DNA of 64,000 bases from Octopus sinensis (Eukaryota). Every line of letters begins with the position of its first letter. Position 1 is the first letter of the stretch. Positions 24,601-33,600 of the stretch are shown here, in pieces. Below the pieces are notes generated by a model, which worked only from the letters and a program-made list of their open reading frames with translations, did not search any database and was not told the origin of the DNA. Both the position numbers and the translations under genes were made by a program. The stretch spans positions 15,686,001 to 15,750,000 of the forward strand of contig NC_043015.1 in NCBI RefSeq assembly GCF_006345805.1, written 5' to 3'.

Positions 24601-27600
24601 GCCGAAACGTTGTGTTAACAAACAAGATGAGGACAAATATCCGTCAAATGTAAATAGTGTACATAATTTCTCATGTCTTAAATATAGAACTGAAGTTAAT
24701 CACTGTATAGGATATTTTAACGTAATTAGAGCAGTAATTCACTTTTATTAAATGCCATTACGAAGTATGAACCATTTCAATCTATTCGTCCAACACACAC
24801 ACAACTTGTCCGTGTCAAAAGAATGTATTTTAATTTTACGATTTTAAAGTCCTCAGCCAAAAACAACATCGCCTTTACAAAACTTCTTTATGCCATAAAA
24901 AAACTATTTTAGGGTTAGCTTGAGATAAAAAAAAGATTCAATATATCCCCTAACTGTAATACCTATTCTTTAAGTATTTACCTCTATCGAGTGATGAAAG
25001 TTACCGACAAAACCGAATCCTAGAATCTGGTTTCTATTCCTACTTTACTTACTCATTTATTTACTCATTTTTATTAATTAGTCAGGGAAGATGTGCAGCA
25101 TCCATGGTCTCTCTTGTCCCTCTAGGAAAAACAATAAAAGACGAGGCTCGAACCATTTATCTATTGCTTACAACATACGTCACAAGGTACGCCACACTCC
25201 GCACACATAATTAACAGGTTTAGAAAATCCATCAATTCGTATTTATTAAAAATAGAAGAGCAGTTAGCTATTGATTATCGCACTTGATTATTTTCTTTTG
25301 ACTAAACAAGTCCATTATTTGCAGAAGAGAGAATAGTCGATTTTTCAGGAGCCAAGTGAGTTCTGTTGAGATTGGAACTTAGGAACACTAGCTGAAATGA
25401 CCAATGCACAGATTCATATTAACTTTAAAACGTTTCATATGAATATTAGATTCACCGAACACTCGAAATTAATTATATATCAATATGATAGGGGTAAAAC
25501 TATTTCAGCCGATACTTAAGCTTTGCAATATCTATCATCATTAAAGTAGTGAGAGATGTCTGGTTCTTTAAGAAGCGTATCTGATGATTGATTAGATAAT
25601 GAATGATTGGTTAAAATTAGACCGTATCTAGCCATAGCAGTTATATCGGTTTCAAATTTTGGCACAAGGTCAGCAATTTAGGTAGGGGTGCTAAGTCGAT
25701 TACATCAATCCCAGTGCTCAACTGGTACTTATTTTTTATCGATTCCGAAAGGATAAAAGGCAAAGTCGATCCCGATAGTATTTGAACTCAGACCACAAAC
25801 TCGGAAGAAATACCTATTTCTTTACTATCCACAAGGGGCTAAACACAGAGAGGACAAACAAGGACAGACAAACGGATTAAGTCGATTATATCGACACCAG
25901 TGCGTAACTGTTACTTAATTTATCGACCCCGAAAGGATGAAAGGCAAAGTCGACCTCGGCGTAATATGAACTCAGAACGTAGCGACAGATGAAATACCGC
26001 TAAGCATTTCGTCCGGCGCACTAACGTTTCTGCCAGCTCACCGCCTTTCCTATTTCTTTACTACCCACAAGGGGCGAAACACAGAAGGGACAAATAAGGA
26101 CAGATAAACGGATTAAGTCGATTATATCGACTCCAGTGTGTAACTGGTGCTTAATTTACCGACCCCGAAAGGATGAAAGGCAAAGTCGACCTCGGCGGAA
26201 TTTGAACTCAGAACGTAACGGTAGATAAAATACCTATTTCTTTATTACCCACAAGGGGCTAAACACAGAGGGGACAAACAAGGACAGACATAGGTATTAA
26301 GTCGATTATATCGATCCCAGTGCGTAACTGGTACTTAATTTATCGACCCCGAAAGGATGAAAGGCAAAGTCGACCTCGGCGGAATTTGAACTCACAACGT
26401 AACGCAAACGAAATACCGCTAAGCATTTCGCCCGGCGTGCTAACGTTTCTGCCAGCTCGCCGCCTTACGTATAGCAGTAATATTAGATATAAGTATAAGG
26501 CGGCGAGCTTGGCAGAATCGTTAACACGTCAGGAGAAACGCTTAGCGGCATTTCGTCCGTCTTTACGTTCTGAGTTCAAATTCCGCCGAGATCGACTTTG
26601 CTTCTCATATTTTCAGCGTCGACAGACAAGTACCACTTAAACACTGAGGTCGATGTAATCGACTTTAGCCGCTCCCCCAAACTTGCTCGTCTTGTACCTA
26701 AAGTTGAAACCAACATTAGATATCAGTAACAATTTGAAAAAGTAAAGTAAAACAGACTCGTTAAGTCTTCGAATCAGTTTCAGTGTCTGTTTTTAGACCG
26801 TGAAAAAGAAGCGAAATCTAACGTTTTGGACGCTTGTTCTTCATCAAACAGAGAAGAATGTTAGTGTTGCGGTTTGGGAATTAAGTAGTGTATAGTAATT
26901 ATGCAGAGAGGTTGATGTGGGAAACGAAAAGTGGGGGAAAGATAAATGAGTGAGGGTAACTGTATGAGGGTAAAAACTAAAAGTGTAGGGTGGATCATAG
27001 AGTTTGTGAGAACCAGATCAAGTGAGATGGGGTAAGTATAAATAGGCGAATAGGAGACATACGTAATGACACAGACACACATAAACAAGGTGGGAGGAGA
27101 AAAGGGTCAGATAGCATTGGAATATGATTTTTAAGAAATGGACAGAGTCTAATGAATCAATAAAATGAAGTCTCTAAGGGATGGTGGGAACTATAAAGAC
27201 AAAAATTGTCCTGAGAGAAGATGGACAAAATGTAGTCTGTAACAAGAGGTGGAAAGGAGAGGGTAGAAAAGAGTGAGAGGACACAAAAACTCACCATTTG
27301 TATGTGTGTGCGTGTGTGTGTGTACGTGCGTGGGTATATGATGAGTTTAGCATTTATAAGACAGGGGCGCACTGAAAACTGGATTGGCAGAGTTTAATTT
27401 AATACAATTTACAGTTAAGATCTTAAAGAGTTACAATATTTTTCATGAATTTATGCAATCATTGCGTAATATACACACATTCAGGCCACCTGTTTTTATG
27501 TATCTTAACCATTTCCCACTGTTTAAGAAGCCGGAAGTTATTTTAAAAGCTTGAACACATTTTAAAAGCAGCAGTGGTATATAGAATTACCGGAGGGAAT

Positions 27601-30600
27601 GAAGCTACTGAAAAGTCACAAAAGTTGTCTCTTTTTCAAAAGAGGGGGGGGGGTAGGAAAGAAGCAGTTAGAGATTCTGTGAACTGGCAATGAAAATTGC
27701 GATGGTTGGTTCGTTAGAAAGGCAAGGTGGACAAGTGAAAGGTTATCGAGAAAGGAACTTTGTCTTGTAATGTGTTCGTTAAGAGTAGAAGGAGCGGAGA
27801 CTGTGTCAGTAGCATGGAATCACTGGAGTGCAGAATGAGGCAGAATAAGAAATGACTGATTTTGTCGGATTTGAAAATAAAATCCAAAATCCAAGTGTTT
27901 ATAGTACACAGATTTTAGTGGGGGATGGGATGAGATAGCAGTTCTAGTGTGAATAGAGTGAGAAGAGGCAAATTCCAGTCTGGCGGGACTGCGAGTCAGT
28001 AGGTTTACAATGAATAGAGATGGAAACGTAACGCTATTGATAGTAACATAGATAGCTCGGAAGTTAACAGAAGGTTTTGAGATGGTAGGTATAAATTCCC
28101 CAGATAGGTGGAAAGTGTTGAAATGAGGGCAATGAGTTCGTCCCTGAGAGTGCAGTAAGGCCGATTACGGTGACTGTATCGTATAACTGATAGAAATCAA
28201 TGGTAAACCTAATGAAGTAGAATAATATCCTTATATGGCCTATAAAGCGATTGGCATAACTGAGGGCTCGTCCTAATACCCATAACCTCAGCAGTAGTTT
28301 GTTGACTGAACTCGTCAGAGAAGGAAAAACATTTGAAGGTAAAAACAACTTCAGTTAAGCAGAGAAAAAAATGGTGATCCTAGGTTTTAATGAGAAGCGA
28401 AGGTCAAAGAAATGTTTAAGGAATAAATCTGCGGACGATGCTAGCGTACATTGATTTTTACATCCATGGTAAATATGAGTTGCAATGGTTCAAGAGACAA
28501 GAGAAAGAATTAAGTTTAAAGGCATGGTTAGTGTTCTTAATATGTAAGAGCAGGGTGATAATAATTTATCAAGATAACCGGAAAGGGGTTCAATAATACC
28601 ACGACAAGCAAAGACAATGCGGCAACCTATATGGCTGGTATATATAGCACAATATGTGTTGATGGTGAACTTAGTGGCGGAGAGACAGAGTGAAGAGAAA
28701 GATTGCTTTAATACAACGGGTAAAAGTTTTTGGCTCTGGAGAATACGATCCTTGGCCAACTTGCGGTTGTCATATTAATACAGACAGATGGATTTTAAAA
28801 CACCTTTATTTTATCTATCGATATTAATCTAAGATAATGTAGTCATTTGTAGCCTGTTTTATAGTTATTTTTGTGAAGTCAAGTGGTTGATGTAAATTTT
28901 TCTTTTTCCTTTTAACTTGATAAGATGGATGACAATCTACCGCAGTCATCGCCCATTAGTGACAATAAATCCTGCACCAAAAGCTAACAAAACAACCGTC
29001 TGTTATACAGTGCCTACGCAGTTGCAGCAAAGCGCTGTACACCCCTATGGTATCTATTTACAGCTTTGTGAATTTTAGGAGGGTAAAAAACGAAAATAAT
29101 CTCATGGCTTCTTCTTGATAGTCAATTGTTGTATTGTTTTAAGATATATAAAGTAAAATAACAGACTTTTCCATCTTAAAAATAGTTTGCAATAGTTTTT
29201 CTTCTTTTTGTTTTAAAGTTTTACATATTAAATTTCTGCCCAAACATTTTCTACTCCCATAGCATATATGACTGACACAAACCATCTGTTACATTTTCTT
29301 TAACAAATCCCTGCTGGAAAATTTAATGTGGTTTTCATTTTCTTTTAAAGTTCTTACAAACTGTAAAATATATTTTCTTCTTTCCATTTAGAGTTGTTCT
29401 GCATAAAACGGAGATTCTTAAAAATACGAAAATAACTTGCTATAATTTTTTTTATTTCTTCCTTCTGACAAGAATTCTATTGCAAAGAATGTCATCTGAA
29501 ATTTAGCAAAAGGTACCATTGTTTTAGAATTTTATAATTAGCCTTTGTTATTTTAAATATAATTTGTTCTAGAAACAGGTTCCTTTCTAGATTGTTTTTA
29601 TAGTTTATCATTATCCTTGTTAATTTCTCCGATTTGGTGATTAAAACAAAAAATTACACGTGCACACACTTGTTATTGTTGTTGTTTAGCTCCAAGTGGA
29701 TATTAAACAAGCATTCCTATTACCAAAAGTCTCACAGACATGGCCATTCCGTCATATTTTGAGATATGTGTATAGGATTACATTATCAAAAGCCTTTTTT
29801 CTTCTTTTATATTTTACGAACAAACCCCCCCCCCCCTCCTCGTCCAATGGATGGTGCTGAGTTGTCAAACATTTAAACTAAATTTTGTCAAAACAACTTG
29901 TCCGACCGTCTCATAGGCCTCCCCTTTCAGAAACACTGATTTAACCTAAATTTGAGACACCAAACAGGCCGGCTTTTTTGCGCAAACTGCACGTGCATTT
30001 TTCTCGCGTACGCGTAATATCGATCGAAACAGCTGATGTACTTGCCACGGCTTTATCGATAGCATTCTCACCTGGAATCGATTTTTGCAATTTTTTCAAG
30101 ACTAATATACGCCCTGACCCCGTCGGTATCTACATATCAAATTTGAGCGCAATCGGATGGAGGATGCTCGAGATCCTAAAAGACACACACACACAGACAG
30201 ACAGAACGGATGTTATATAATAGATTTTCAAACAGTTGAGATTTGGCTATTAATTCTAGAAAGTCAAGTGACTACTGAAAAACCTGTTTCAAATATATAC
30301 AGAAACAGTAAAGTGCCGAACTAAATGTCTTGTAATACTTAATTACGCCCCTTTATATCGTGTTAAACACCAGCAAATCCTCTTACCGCTTATTCCTTCA
30401 AAGCTGATGAAATACCAGTGATAAAACAAAGTTGATGCTATTATTGCACTTTTTCTTGTAAAATAATAATTTGTGACAAAATAAGAAACCATATTTCGTA
30501 TATGACGATCGTAAGTTGTGATATTCTTACCTATTTCTAGGGTTTGTATTATCAGGCATGGGATCTGAGTCCCCAAAGTTACCATTTAAGTTCGTACTGG

Positions 30601-33600
30601 CTTCAGCATCCTTGAATGGGAAGAGAGAGAGAGAAAAGAATTAATCAGAGAAGTTAAATATTATTTCAAATATTAAGCGCATGCGTAATTGTTTGATTAT
30701 GGCGTTCGCTTCCCAACCACATTGTTCCAGATTCGATCTCACTGTGCAGCACCATGCTCAAGTATCTTCCACTTCAGGTTTACCATTTGAGGTGTAATTG
30801 TATTGACGGAAATAGCACAGAAGTCCGCTGTCTTCGTATGTCCGTATTTTAGTTTACACTTGTTAAAAACTGATATTGTAAGCTTATTATATTTAACTTA
30901 ACCTAAGGTTCGATAAATAGAGATTGACAAAATATGTGTCAGACTCCAATAAAGACTGGGATCGAAACGATTGACCCAACCCTTGAAAGCAGGGCCCCAT
31001 TATGGCCTCAGTTTAATGTCTGAAACCAATGAGAAAAATCAAAATCAAACCGAAACATGTTACCAGAATTGCAGAATTTGAAAATTGTAGTTATATAAGA
31101 GTTGGGAGGTAGAAAAGGAGAAAATAATAAATCAACAGAATTTACAGAATACCTTCTCAATAGAAATTTTTTTTTTCTACAAAATAGTAAGTAAAAGTTA
31201 TCTGTAATTATCAGTATAGAATCACTAGGTCTTCAAACAAAATGTCATGTGGTATTTTCTTTCGTACTTTTACATTCGGAGTTCAAATCTTAACTTGAGT
31301 TTCTCTTTTATCTTCATTGGAATCGATAAAATGAGAGAGGGAGACAGTGCGTGTTTGCTAGTAGCTGTAGTGTATTGTTGAGTGAATCAGAATCAGTCGG
31401 GAACTTTTGGATGTGTGAAAAGTATGTCATGTCCATGTTTATCACACTTGATGTTTTCAGCAATTTAGCAGCGATGAACTGCTATTTACTTGCTTCCAAG
31501 AGGAAGACTAGTATTTGGGATGCAGGTTTGACAAAGTTATAAGAATATGAGGTCGTCAGGGAGATTATCCGAATATGTGAAACTCATATATAGCAACTTT
31601 GAAATTTGTTGCTATTGTATGGCTCTAAGTCAGTCCTAATCACGCATTTTTTATAGAACGGAAACAAATGTTCAAATAAATAGCTACAACTCACAGATCA
31701 GGTATTCCTTGCTTCCACCAAGTTAACGACTATACTGTACACGTCAACTTGTAGCGGTTTGTGATATGGAGTGTAGTGTGAAAGTTGTGGCATGTCGCTT
31801 TTCTTTTCTACTGTTCTGTCTGCTTTTGAATACTCGAAGCTGAGCGAGGCGGACTTGCTTGAGATACAAGAGTTAATGCTCTGCACTTAACACTGCTGTT
31901 GTACATCTTAGTATAACATTTGTGGTAAAAGATTATAGAAAGAAAGTTTCTCAACTTTTTGGAAATAATTATTCTCCAGCAGAACAAGAACAGTTGAAGT
32001 AACAGATAAAGAACACATTTCAGTTTATTAGTATGTTAGCATCAGTTTGTAATACATTGTTTGGCAAGATGAATGTGTAGAATATATGCGAGTGCAGTAG
32101 TGCCTCATCCCAGATAAATAAGTTCTACAAAGTAATTTGTGCCATGTATAGAAGCTTTTCATAGCTGAAATAGTTTCTGGTGCTGAAGAGAAAAGCAAAA
32201 CATTGAAGGTGCAGTTTTTATTGTTGTAAATACGTTGATATGAAGTCAAATTTGTTAGGATTAGCGTTACTAAACTGCGAAGGTTTTTAGTTTTGAGTTG
32301 CATGTTTACTTGATGTGTGCAATAGTTGTGTGTTTTTTGTGCTGTTGAAGGAGACTTAGTTATGTCTCCACCGGAGTATATATTTTAAGGTTTGTGTTCA
32401 TGCTAGGAGTACATGCATACATATTGCTTCTAGGTTACGTATAGATAACACCCTATGTGCAAAAGGTTATCAAACAATATGGAGTAATATAATCTGCATA
32501 GATGTACGTGTTTATATGTATGTTTGCATATGTGTGTGTAGGTGTGTGACTGGAAGTAACAGCATTGATAAAAGGACGTAAATCGTTGACGTCAAGGAAG
32601 TGTGTGGGAGACACACCAAATCTTGAGTCACAGACGAGTTAAACATTTTCTTTCCTCACATTTCATAACTATTTCCTCTCGAAGATATTTCCAATAAAGT
32701 TTAATGAGTAGCATAAACATAATTGAAATCAGTTATCCCATAACATATTAAGAGTGCCAAAAGTCTAATTTTCAAATAAATGCAAGGTTTTTTTTTTTTA
32801 ACAGTCACTAAAATTCTATTCTGTGATAAGTGTTTGAATGGGATTTCTAAAATCAATGTTTTATATTAAGTTACACTTTATATCTATAGACATCAGTTTA
32901 ATCCATCCCACAAGTGAGAAAAACATGTTTTAATTTATTTCACACTGTCATCGAATTAAATATTAATAAATGAATTAAAAGTTATTCTTTACTTTGGCAG
33001 AATTATATACTCCATCACTATGGAGTATAAAACCTTTTGTATTTACAATTGCGCGAACTGAAATTGAATTAAATTTGTTTATTTCTCTATATTTTGTTTC
33101 TATAACTTAGAAGACTATAACGAACATTGTCAATTGTACACCACCAAATATGGAAACATATCCTAATACACAAGTTAGGATATTTTCTATAAAATAAAAT
33201 TGTTTTCAATTCTACTCCCAATCAACATTCCACCAGTCGGATAAAAAATCCCTTCTAGTAGAAGGAGAAGACCGCCTGGCTGAGAAACACTAGACTAGAC
33301 ACTTATAATTTGTCTTATATTTAACTTTTTTTTTTATATATTGATTTCAAATTTTGATACAAAGGCAGCAAGTTCGTGGGAGGGGATAAGTTGATGACAT
33401 CGACCGCAGTGCTCATCTGGTACATATTTTATGGACCCGGAAAGGATGGAAAGCAAAGTCGACCTAGGTGGAATTTGAACTCAGAACGTAGTGAGAGACA
33501 AAATGCCGCTAAGCGTTCTGTTCGGCGGGCAAACGATTCTAATTTCTTTATTACCTAGAACGGGATTACAAAGATAAGAAACAAACAACACACTGGGGAA

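Larger units (their letters stand above)
24371..24655. repeat. About 120-bp inverted repeat (24371-24493 / 24537-24655, spacer about 43 bp) of a Penelope-like terminal repeat
   Basis: Left arm atttacatttgacagatatttgtcctcatc...ttctcattccta is the near-perfect reverse complement of right arm taggaatgagaac...gatgaggacaaatatccgtcaaatgtaaat. Confidence 0.92.

Noticed and set aside
25650-26712. tRNA genes suggested by A/B-box motifs
   Set aside because: They are SINE heads; no complete cloverleaf with an anticodon arm could be folded.
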